Positions 38,059 through 46,555 of a stretch of DNA of 53,479 nucleotides are shown here, piece after piece. This DNA comes from Candidatus Hodarchaeota archaeon (lineage in GTDB: Archaea > Asgardarchaeota > Lokiarchaeia > Sigyniarchaeales > SOKP01), in the NCBI GenBank assembly GCA_048887225.1, contig JBHLJY010000015.1:1-53479 (forward strand). Direction: 5' to 3'. A program made the translations under genes and the position numbers. The notes under the pieces are model-generated. The model worked only from the letters and a program-made list of their open reading frames with translations. It searched no databases and had not been told where the DNA came from. Numbering within the stretch: the stretch's first letter is position 1; the number at the start of each line of letters is the position of its first letter.

Positions 38059-38125
38059 GTACTTAGAATTATTCTATCTTCATATTTTTTTATTATTTAA
38101 TATTTTCAAATTGCAAAATATTTAT

Positions 38126-38216
38126 ATATTAAAGCAATAAATATAGAAACATCTGAATATTAACAACATGATAGTAATATACAGATTTTCCAATATTAAA
38201 GCAATAAAAATATAGA
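38126..38216. repeat. Direct repeats flanking an inverted repeat upstream of the dodecin pair
   Basis: ATATTAAAGCAATAAA at 38126 and 38193; imperfect palindrome ATCTGAATATTA...TAATATACAGAT at 38151-38186. Confidence 0.65.
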
Positions 38217-38266
38217 TATCAAAAAATCAAAAAAAATGTGAAATCAAAAAAGGTGTATTAAGAAAA

Positions 38267-38473
38267 ATGCCTGTTTACAAAAGTATTCAATTAGTTGGGA
38301 CTTCTGATACTAACTGGGCTGATGCAGTAAAAAATTGTTACGCTGAGGCCAAGAAATCCTTACGTGGAATAAGAAACATCCAAATAATCGAGTCCGACGT
38401 TAAGGTTAAAGAAGACGTAGATAAACTTATATATCGAGTCAGAGTTCAAATAAATTTTGAAATTGAAAGGTAA
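38267..38473 (+). CDS. Dodecin-family protein (copy 1)
   Basis: VYKSIQLVGTSDTNWADAV...YRVRVQINF dodecin pattern; AGGTG SD. Confidence 0.88.
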   Translation: MPVYKSIQLVGTSDTNWADAVKNCYAEAKKSLRGIRNIQIIESDVKVKEDVDKLIYRVRVQINFEIER

Positions 38474-38500
38474 TTCTGATTAAAACCGTGTGATAGCTGA

Positions 38501-38716
38501 ATGGTAAGCCCAGGATATAAAAGTATACAATTAGTTGCTACAAGCGATAAAAATTGGAAAGATGCTGTAATGGAAGCATATAAGGTAGCTAAACAAACTA
38601 TCCACGGTATACGGACGATTCAGATTCTCCAACGTGATGTAAAAGTAAAGGAGGATATAGATAAACTTATTTATCGAGTCAGAGTTCAAGTAAATTTTCA
38701 ATTAGCTGAAAGATAA
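38501..38716 (+). CDS. Dodecin-family protein (copy 2)
   Basis: YKSIQLVATSDKNWKDAV...YRVRVQVNF; tandem paralog. Confidence 0.86.
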   Translation: MVSPGYKSIQLVATSDKNWKDAVMEAYKVAKQTIHGIRTIQILQRDVKVKEDIDKLIYRVRVQVNFQLAER

Positions 38717-38769
38717 ACCAATCTTTATTATTTTTTTTCAATTTAATTATATCAGAAAATTAAGTCAGA

Positions 38770-38877
38770 ATAAGTGAAGCAGAGTTAACATTTTGGAGAT
38801 ATCTTATTGGTGGGATTATTGTGTTAGTAATTATTATAATTTGCTGTATAATACATACTAAACTTATAAAAAAGTAA
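38770..38877 (+). CDS. Putative 35-aa single-TM microprotein (ATA start)
   Basis: (M)SEAELTFWRYLIGGIIVLVIIIICCIIHTKLIKK*; no canonical start upstream of the TM. Confidence 0.4.
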   Translation: MSEAELTFWRYLIGGIIVLVIIIICCIIHTKLIKK

Positions 38878-38896
38878 AATAATCTCAAATTCTTTT

Positions 38897-39493
38897 TTAT
38901 AATTCTTTTCCACATTTATCGCAGAATTTAGCATTATCTCTATTAATATTACCGCAATTATTGCAAGTAATTATTGTTTCTTGTAGTATTTTTCTCTTTG
39001 AAGAATTAAATTTCTGTTTTACAATTTTCTTAGCTTGCAAAGCGTAAATGAATTTTGGATCAATTTCTAATGCTTTCTTGTAAAACTTTAAAGCTTCCTG
39101 AAAATCTTTCATAATCTCATAAATTAACCCAATGTTATAATAACAATGTTTATAATCTGGTTTTATTTTAATAGCTTCATTATATGCATATATAGCTTTT
39201 TTCATTCTTCCTAAATTGAAATAAGAAATTCCCAAATTATAGATTGCTCTGTAATTGTCTGGTTCGATTTCAATAATTTTTTTAAAACATTTAATAGCCT
39301 TTTTATCTCCCATAATAAATTCGTCGCTTAGATAAATTCCATATGAAAACAAAACATTAATAAGTTCTTTTCTTATGTCCTCAGAATTAGGCTCTTTACT
39401 ATATAGCTCTTCTAGAATTTTTATGGATTCCTCGTATTTCTTGTTGCTTTTTAATTTATTTGCCCTATTTAGAAGTTTTTCAGTTCTAGTCAA
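38897..39493 (-). CDS. TPR-repeat protein with C-terminal zinc ribbon
   Basis: AIYNLGISY, CYYNIGLIY, KALEIDP; CNNCG...FCDKCG. Confidence 0.85.
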   Translation of the reverse strand: MTRTEKLLNRANKLKSNKKYEESIKILEELYSKEPNSEDIRKELINVLFSYGIYLSDEFIMGDKKAIKCFKKIIEIEPDNYRAIYNLGISYFNLGRMKKAIYAYNEAIKIKPDYKHCYYNIGLIYEIMKDFQEALKFYKKALEIDPKFIYALQAKKIVKQKFNSSKRKILQETIITCNNCGNINRDNAKFCDKCGKEL

Positions 39494-39567
39494 ATAAATT
39501 CACAGGATAAATCTAAATTAATATAAATCAAAATATAAAATTAAGAATATACCAATAAGCAAAATCC

Positions 39568-40026
39568 TTATCCAAGTTCTTTTTCATACCAAATAAATTG
39601 GGATTTTTTTAATCCTAATTTCAGTAACAAACTGCGTAAATTTCCGTCAGAATCAGGACATATAATATTAAATTTATTTATTCCTAAAGTTGATGAGATG
39701 TAATTCAAAAGTTCTCGAATTAACATTTCTTCTATTCCTTTTTTGTATGCATCATCTTTTCTAGTTAAAATTTGGTGAATTAAAACCCTATCATTACCAA
39801 GGTAATCTCTGAAAATAGTGTAGGTACCCCATCCAACTATTTTTCCATCTTCTTTAGCTATAACCATTGAGTTCCGATACTGCAGATTTAACGATCTTTT
39901 ATTCAACTCATAATCGAATTTAGACCAATTAGAGTCAAAATAGGATTTATTTTTAATAAAATCTTCAAATAGCTCTTTAAGGTCCTCTCTATCTTTTCTG
40001 GGGTCGTATCGCTCAATTGTTATCAA
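39568..40026 (-). CDS. GNAT-fold-like protein
   Basis: IAKEDGKIVGWG strand, YKKGI...LIRELL motif A-like, LLKLGL. Confidence 0.55.
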   Translation of the reverse strand: MITIERYDPRKDREDLKELFEDFIKNKSYFDSNWSKFDYELNKRSLNLQYRNSMVIAKEDGKIVGWGTYTIFRDYLGNDRVLIHQILTRKDDAYKKGIEEMLIRELLNYISSTLGINKFNIICPDSDGNLRSLLLKLGLKKSQFIWYEKELG

Positions 40027-40120
40027 TTTTGATTTTCACCGTTTTTTAATTGTATGTAGTATAATTCTTCTTTAATAAAAATTCTTTTTTATTAACTAAA
40101 ATAATTAAAAATGACTAAAT

Positions 40121-40654
40121 ATGAATCAAAAACCAACAGATTCTAAAAATAAAGAGAAAAAGAAAATTTCAGTAGCGTTTAAATCCTTAAGCGAAGGTGT
40201 AATTGTGCCAAAACCTTCAAATCTTTGGGATGCTGGTGCTGACGCTCGTATTATGGGTTTTAAAAAAATCGTAAAAAAGGAAGGTAAAAAAGAATTAATA
40301 GAAATCGATTCAGATTCATATATACTTAAACCTCTCGAGCGAATAGGATGCCCATTAGGCTTCGCTACTGCTATTCCTAAGGGTTATTATTTTAAAGTAG
40401 TTCCTAGAAGTGGTTTAGCGTTATGGGACGGATTATCCATTGTTAACGCTCCAGGTACAATTGATTCTGGCTTTAGAAACGAATGGTTGGCTATCGTTGT
40501 TAATCTTTCAAATAAAGAGGTTACTTTAAAGAAAGGAGATCGTATTTGTCAAATTATTCTCGCTAAAATGTACGATTACGAATTTGTCAAAACTGATAAG
40601 TTGCCTGATTCTGAAAGAGGATTAGGTGGTTTTGGATCTACTGGAAAAGCTTGA
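40121..40654 (+). CDS. dut: Trimeric dUTPase
   Basis: AGAD, PRSGLA, GTIDSGFR, GDRICQ, RGLGGFGSTG. Confidence 0.94.
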   Translation: MNQKPTDSKNKEKKKISVAFKSLSEGVIVPKPSNLWDAGADARIMGFKKIVKKEGKKELIEIDSDSYILKPLERIGCPLGFATAIPKGYYFKVVPRSGLALWDGLSIVNAPGTIDSGFRNEWLAIVVNLSNKEVTLKKGDRICQIILAKMYDYEFVKTDKLPDSERGLGGFGSTGKA

Positions 40655-40766
40655 ATTCCAGACGCATCTTCTAAAAATTTTAGCTTATAAAATAAAGTTC
40701 AAATTATTTACTTAATTTCTTGAATTATAAATTATTTAGATGATCACATCTCTTTAGGCATAAAAT

Positions 40767-42308
40767 TTGACCAAATTAAACGAAAAAAATTCACCAAAAT
40801 CGATTACTATAAGCAAAGATCCATCGAAAGAACATTTTATCTATAAAATATTAAACCCTAATAGTATCTGTGTATTCGGGGCAAATAATAATTTATTAAA
40901 TACGATGGGATCGATGCAATTACGTAATATCATCACAGGAGGAATTTCAAAAGATAAAATCTATCCTATTCATTTAAAATTAGACGAAGTACAAGGCTTA
41001 AAAGCTTATAAATCAGTTTTAGATTTACCAAACACGCCAGATTTAGCATTTTTAATTCTACCACCTAATCATGTTCCTCAAGTTCTTGATGAATGTGGTC
41101 AGAAAGGGATCAAGCGTGCTATAATCACTTCGGGTGGTTTCAGAGAAAGTGGACCAGATGGCATGAAATTATCTAAACAAATCGACGAAATTGCTAAAAA
41201 ATATGATATGAGATTCATTGGACCTAATTGTCTTGGCATATATAATGGATATTTTCAGTATCCCGAAAAAGATGACACTTATATTAATACATTTTGGATT
41301 TACATACCACACAAAAGAGGTAATATATCGCTTGTAAGCCAATCAGGGACTATCGCAGCTCAAACTGCTTGGCATTCAAATAATATTGGAGTTAAAATTG
41401 GTAAATCTATATCTGTAGGAAATGAAAGAAATATTGATATCGTCGATTTTCTAGAATATTTCAAGGAAGACCCTCAAACTAAGGTTATTGGATTATATAT
41501 CGAAGAAATAAAAAGAGGAAAAGAATTTATTGAATTGGCCAAAGAAATTTCGCCCAAAAAACCTATTGTTGCGATATATGCAGGAGGGACTGAAGCAGCA
41601 GACAGATCTATTATGAGTCATACCGGCTCTATAGGAGGAAACAATAATATATATGATGCTGTATTTAAAAAAACGGGCATTATTAATACAAATTCTATAA
41701 CGGAATTTTTATTTTATCTTAGGACTCTATCTTATGCTCAAACTAATAATATATTTCCAAAAGGCCGAAGATTGGGTATTATTACGGATTCTGGAGGCTC
41801 TGGTTCAATTTTAACGAAGGTTGCCGAATTATACGGATTGGAGGTCCCTGAATTCTCTATAAAATTACAAAATAAGATAGCAGAACTTATACCTCCTACA
41901 GGAAGTAAATCCAATCCTGTAGATATAACTTTTTTTAGAAACTATTATGATTTTTTCGTAAAATTACCAAGATTAATAATTAAATCTGAAGAGATAGATT
42001 GTATAATTTTCGACGGTGTCTTTGATTTTCAAGAAATTTTTGATGTTATTGAGAAATCTGGATTTCCAATTGATAATAAAATGAAAAATTCAATTGCCAT
42101 GTTTTTTAATTCTATTATTAAACCTTTGCAATTTTTAGTTCGTAAAAAATCTATTCCATTATTTTATTGTGGCCCCCAGCTTTATAATTATCCATTGTAT
42201 CAATTGTTTATTTCAAATGATATTCCTATATTTAGTTTGTGGGATGAACCAACTAAATGTATGAAAATTTTATGTGAATATTCCGAGTATCGAAGAAAAT
42301 TTTCTTAA
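40767..42308 (+). CDS. Acyl-CoA synthetase (NDP-forming) alpha-subunit-like CoA-binding protein
   Basis: ITSGGFRE, GPNCLG, SQSG, SVGNE, SHTGS phospho-His, TDSGG, NPVD. Confidence 0.86.
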   Translation: MTKLNEKNSPKSITISKDPSKEHFIYKILNPNSICVFGANNNLLNTMGSMQLRNIITGGISKDKIYPIHLKLDEVQGLKAYKSVLDLPNTPDLAFLILPPNHVPQVLDECGQKGIKRAIITSGGFRESGPDGMKLSKQIDEIAKKYDMRFIGPNCLGIYNGYFQYPEKDDTYINTFWIYIPHKRGNISLVSQSGTIAAQTAWHSNNIGVKIGKSISVGNERNIDIVDFLEYFKEDPQTKVIGLYIEEIKRGKEFIELAKEISPKKPIVAIYAGGTEAADRSIMSHTGSIGGNNNIYDAVFKKTGIINTNSITEFLFYLRTLSYAQTNNIFPKGRRLGIITDSGGSGSILTKVAELYGLEVPEFSIKLQNKIAELIPPTGSKSNPVDITFFRNYYDFFVKLPRLIIKSEEIDCIIFDGVFDFQEIFDVIEKSGFPIDNKMKNSIAMFFNSIIKPLQFLVRKKSIPLFYCGPQLYNYPLYQLFISNDIPIFSLWDEPTKCMKILCEYSEYRRKFS

Positions 42309-42423
42309 AAATCCAATTTTTTTCTTGAATATTTAAACAAATAATTTATAGAATCTCTTTAAATAATAATATTCTTTTTTATTATTAGTATTTAGAAAAT
42401 TCAAAATTTAAAAGGGTTCATAT

Positions 42424-43422
42424 TTGTCTATAGCATTTTTTAAGCCACCAAAAACAATTATTGCGTCGGGCACTAAAAAAGGTGTAGAACTTGGAGGAGA
42501 TAAAAGTATTTTGAGTGTTGATGCAAAACATAATTTATTTACGGAAGGAACTATTTTTACAGAGCTGAGCTGGGCAGAATTTTATCAAGAGGAAGGAATC
42601 GAGGATCAAATAGATACATTTACTACAACCGAATTTAAATCTGTATCAGATGATTCTGAAGCTTTAATTGATACAATCATAAAAAGTATTCAAAATATTA
42701 TTAATTATAAAAGGGTATTTTATGGAATTGCTGACTTTGAAGTCGACGCATTTATGAATCAAAACTGCGTTATTCCCGGTCTCTCTCTTGATATAGAGAT
42801 CTTAAACAAGTTGATGGCAGCTCACAAAAAATCTCGAGATGAAAATCTCTTTCCAGAAATTGTTATCAATAAAGAAGGAATTAAAAAGATAAATATAGAA
42901 TTTCAAGGAACTAAAAAAAAGAATTTGCATATTCCAGGTACAAAATTAGAAGATATCTCTGATACACTCCGAATGGCGAAAGGATACGCTACAGGTTTAG
43001 TGTGTACTAGTAGAGGTGCTGCGAACCTTTATATTATGAGCGATAATATAGTTTTTCAAGAAGATGAACTTCCCGAATTGTACATTGACGAGGAAAATAT
43101 ATATGTAATAGAAATGGGAATTCAAAGAGAGTTACTCTTTCCCATTAGTTGGTTCAGAATAGATATAGGGATTAGATCTTTAGAAACATTAGAATTATGG
43201 GATGAGATTAAGGATGATCCTGAACTTAATCATATTTTAAATGAATATGAGAATTATGTTACTGCTTTGTTAGTTAAAAAGTATCAATTAATTGCTTCGG
43301 GAGGGCACTTAGGTCTTGATCTTGAGAACGATTTTTACAACATGACTCCCGAAGAAAGAAGAAAAGCGCTAAGAGATATGGCAGATGCGATAAAAATTCT
43401 AACTAAAAAATATAAAGAATAA
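42424..43422 (+). CDS. Hypothetical protein (acidic)
   Basis: 332-aa ORF, no recognised motif. Confidence 0.7.
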   Translation: MSIAFFKPPKTIIASGTKKGVELGGDKSILSVDAKHNLFTEGTIFTELSWAEFYQEEGIEDQIDTFTTTEFKSVSDDSEALIDTIIKSIQNIINYKRVFYGIADFEVDAFMNQNCVIPGLSLDIEILNKLMAAHKKSRDENLFPEIVINKEGIKKINIEFQGTKKKNLHIPGTKLEDISDTLRMAKGYATGLVCTSRGAANLYIMSDNIVFQEDELPELYIDEENIYVIEMGIQRELLFPISWFRIDIGIRSLETLELWDEIKDDPELNHILNEYENYVTALLVKKYQLIASGGHLGLDLENDFYNMTPEERRKALRDMADAIKILTKKYKE

Positions 43423-43424
43423 GG

Positions 43425-43736
43425 TTATTCTTTTAATATCCTTGGTGCCTTAAAATATCCTTTTAATTTATGTTCCGCATTTTTTAAGGCTTCTTCGTTC
43501 GAAAGACTTTTCCAAGGTTTATCTTCCCTAAATACATTTTTTAATCCTTCAATTGCATGCGTAGTAGGTTTGACATTACTAGTATCTAAATCGTTTAATT
43601 TTTTGAAGTAAGAAATTATATCACCCAGTTGTTTGGAAAATTTTTCTTTTTCTTCTTCCGTTAAATCTATCAGTGCCAATTTTGATAAATAATCAATGGT
43701 TTCTTTCGAAAATTCTTCCTTCTCTGACATATCCAC
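43425..43736 (-). CDS. gatC: Asp-tRNA(Asn)/Glu-tRNA(Gln) amidotransferase subunit C
   Basis: YLSKLALI, LDTSNVKPT, NVFRED, ALKNA, GYFKAPRI. Confidence 0.92.
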   Translation of the reverse strand: MDMSEKEEFSKETIDYLSKLALIDLTEEEKEKFSKQLGDIISYFKKLNDLDTSNVKPTTHAIEGLKNVFREDKPWKSLSNEEALKNAEHKLKGYFKAPRILKE

Positions 43737-43911
43737 AATAAGAAAATAATTGAAAATTATTCAGACTTAATAATTAAAGATATTAATTAAGCTTAACCTA
43801 TAAATCAGTATACATAAATCTTTTTCAATAAAATATAAAGTAAAGAATTAATAAATTTAAGATATTTAAAAAAATAGGTTTGAAAAGCTAAACAACATGG
43901 TTTTATAATAT

Positions 43912-44280
43912 ATGTCAGAAAAAGAAAATAAAGATTTATGGACTGAAATTCCTGGTTATGCGTGGATTTCATTAGCGAGAAGAGGTATGGAAAAGATTAG
44001 CCTTGATCAATGTTTCTTGAGGGGATGTGATAATCAAGACGCTAAACTATTAGAACCTTTTAAAAAAGAAGAATACGAGGAAAAGAATAAGGAAATAAAA
44101 CATGTTTATTTTAAATGTAAAAAATGTGGAGGCATTTTTCAATTAAAGTTCGAAACAATAAAGAAAGTAGCAAAGCCGACAAAAAAGTCCGATGCGGATA
44201 AGAAAGAAATTTTATCTATGGGTTTAGTTTACGCTCTAGACGAAAATGGAGATAATTTAGGACATATTGGCTATTTTTAA
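43912..44280 (+). CDS. Hypothetical protein, possible zinc finger
   Basis: CFLRGC and CKKC pairs. Confidence 0.62.
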   Translation: MSEKENKDLWTEIPGYAWISLARRGMEKISLDQCFLRGCDNQDAKLLEPFKKEEYEEKNKEIKHVYFKCKKCGGIFQLKFETIKKVAKPTKKSDADKKEILSMGLVYALDENGDNLGHIGYF

Positions 44281-44289
44281 ATATTCTAA

Positions 44290-45159
44290 TTAATTTTTTA
44301 GAAATTCTATTATAATCTGATTTATTTCAGGAGCTCTTGAATAGTGAGATTCATGTCCTGCTTTATCGATCACCTTAAATATACTATTAGGGATTCTTTC
44401 ATGCATTTGTTGCATAAAGAATTTCGGGACGAGCTTATCGTGAGAAGCAGTAAGTAATAGGGTTTTATTTTTAATTTCATTCAATCTTTCATATGTATTA
44501 TGCGTCTTAATAGCAAGTGCTTGATTTTCAATATCTCGAGGGGTAGAGGGATCTGTTTGAATATACTTAATAAGATCTTCTACCGACCAAATACCATAAA
44601 ATTTTTTTTTAGGAGCAGCTTCCATTTGTTTCCTAAATTTTATATAAAATCCTAATCGTGTATCACGCCAAAAAGCTTTTTCTGGATCTCTCTTTATTAA
44701 ATTAAATCTTTCAAATTGGGTTCTTTTAAACATTTCTATACTCTCTTCATTTCGTATTCCCGCGCTTGTGTTAATTAAAATTAGTTTAATTACTTTTCTA
44801 GGATATTTTAATACAAAATTTTGAGCGATCATACCACCCATAGATCTTCCAATTATATGTGCTTTTTCGATATTTAGGAAATCCATTAATCCTCTTATAT
44901 CGTCAGCAAATAATTCCATAGTATAAGAGGGTTTATCTGGGCGACTAGATTTTCCCGCACCACGTAGGTCGAAAATAATAACTTTATAATATTTTGATAA
45001 TTCTCCAATTTGTGCTATCCATGTTTCTTTTTTAGATCCAAATCCATGAATGCAAATTAACGGGTCGCTCTCTTCTTTGCCATAAATTTTATAACAGATT
45101 TTAATCCCATTAACATCAGCAAATTTTTCGCGCATAATACTATTAATATAAATCTTCAA
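44290..45159 (-). CDS. Alpha/beta hydrolase
   Basis: IHGF, DLRGAG, GRSMGG nucleophile, HD..VP, AGH; likely start ATG 45135. Confidence 0.9.
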   Translation of the reverse strand: MKIYINSIMREKFADVNGIKICYKIYGKEESDPLICIHGFGSKKETWIAQIGELSKYYKVIIFDLRGAGKSSRPDKPSYTMELFADDIRGLMDFLNIEKAHIIGRSMGGMIAQNFVLKYPRKVIKLILINTSAGIRNEESIEMFKRTQFERFNLIKRDPEKAFWRDTRLGFYIKFRKQMEAAPKKKFYGIWSVEDLIKYIQTDPSTPRDIENQALAIKTHNTYERLNEIKNKTLLLTASHDKLVPKFFMQQMHERIPNSIFKVIDKAGHESHYSRAPEINQIIIEFLKN

Positions 45160-45252
45160 ATTCTAAAAAAGAGTGGTATTTTTTACAGCGCGAGGAATTG
45201 ATTGCTTTAAATTAGTACAATAGTATCTTTAAAAAAATATTTATTTGGTCTA

Positions 45253-45903
45253 TTAACCTTCAGGACTAGTAATCTTCCAGATTTTAGCGACCTGAACAAA
45301 TGCCCATAACATAAAGGAATAGACTATAATTCTTTGCATTGTTGGACGAATCATATCAAAGAATCTAAAAATATAAAGGAAAACAATTATAGAAAATCCT
45401 AAAAAAATAACACCATAAAGATTGTGATAATCTGAGTTAAAGAAGATTGCAATTGAATAGATTAATATTGCCGCTGCCATACAAAAAAAGAATATATCAG
45501 TCGGTATCATATGAATTTCATATCCCCAGTCCAAGGGAATAATAGCTATAAATGGTAAAAAAAGAGCCGCAACAAGACCTAATAATGAACCACACCTGCT
45601 AAGATAAATCGGAATTTTATTCTCTTTAAATAATAGAGGCATAATCAACCAGAAGGGAACTAGCGCGACAGCAACAAAAGTACAAGCAATAATTAATAAA
45701 ATTCTAGCAATTGTATTATCTGCACCGTTCACTTTAATTTGCCCTAAATAGCTAAAAGTATGTTTCGTAAAAGAATAACTTCCTGGATAGAATCTCATTG
45801 CTATAAATGTTAATATAATATAAGAAATAGCTGCTATTATTAAAAGTAAACCACTTAATCTTTCCCTCGATTTTAAATCTTCTTTTTTTAAGAATCTAAC
45901 CAT
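45253..45903 (-). CDS. DUF998-like multi-pass membrane protein
   Basis: FYPG.YSF....SYLG, H-containing TM, QRIIVY; ~6 TMs. Confidence 0.65.
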   Translation of the reverse strand: MVRFLKKEDLKSRERLSGLLLIIAAISYIILTFIAMRFYPGSYSFTKHTFSYLGQIKVNGADNTIARILLIIACTFVAVALVPFWLIMPLLFKENKIPIYLSRCGSLLGLVAALFLPFIAIIPLDWGYEIHMIPTDIFFFCMAAAILIYSIAIFFNSDYHNLYGVIFLGFSIIVFLYIFRFFDMIRPTMQRIIVYSFMLWAFVQVAKIWKITSPEG

Positions 45904-45988
45904 TTTTAAAGTATTTGTTTTACTTTTTCAAATTTTTACACAAATGTCGTTCAATATATGAAAGTCATATTTTTAATTTAAAATTTAA

Positions 45989-46555
45989 CTATTTCAATAA
46001 TTTTTGTAATAATTTCTTTACGATCTCATCGTTATTTTCTTTTAGCTGGAAATAATCATAGAAATGTCTTGTTAAATAGAATTTAAGGTCATTTTCTATT
46101 ATAAATTTTAATTTTTTAAGATTTTTAATATTTCTATACATTGTTGATATGCCACCTAATTTTGCTCTAACTTCTTTACGATTCGCATTAGGTTGAAGAT
46201 AAGAGATAATTGATAATGTTTTTACGTCGCTCTTTCTCAGTAAATCTCCTTGTGTAAATTTTTCGATAGAATTAAGTATTGGATCTTTTATCTTTAATTC
46301 AAATCTCGTACCCGCTAGCTCTATTATTTCTAGAGCAGTTTGAAATTCTTTATATTCCTCAATAAGTTCACGGGTCAACTCTAAGATTTTATTTTTTTGA
46401 TTTTTAGGGAATAATTTACAGATTTCTTCTAAAGACAAAATTCTACGAGCTTTAAAAATAGCAGCTTCAATTTCCCTTTTTATTTCATAGTGCTCTAACC
46501 TTTGAAGTCGAGCCCTTTGCTCAATTTCTATCGAATATTCCTTAGGACTCAGCAA
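45989..46555 (-). CDS. scpB: SMC-Scp complex subunit ScpB (kite)
   Basis: IEAAIF, LIEEY...LEIIE, TLSIISYLQP, YLT..FYDYF; overlaps the smc stop by 14 nt. Confidence 0.82.
   Translation of the reverse strand: MLSPKEYSIEIEQRARLQRLEHYEIKREIEAAIFKARRILSLEEICKLFPKNQKNKILELTRELIEEYKEFQTALEIIELAGTRFELKIKDPILNSIEKFTQGDLLRKSDVKTLSIISYLQPNANRKEVRAKLGGISTMYRNIKNLKKLKFIIENDLKFYLTRHFYDYFQLKENNDEIVKKLLQKLLK

Noticed and set aside
38126-38216. Possible mini-CRISPR
   Set aside because: Only two 16-bp copies and no cas genes.
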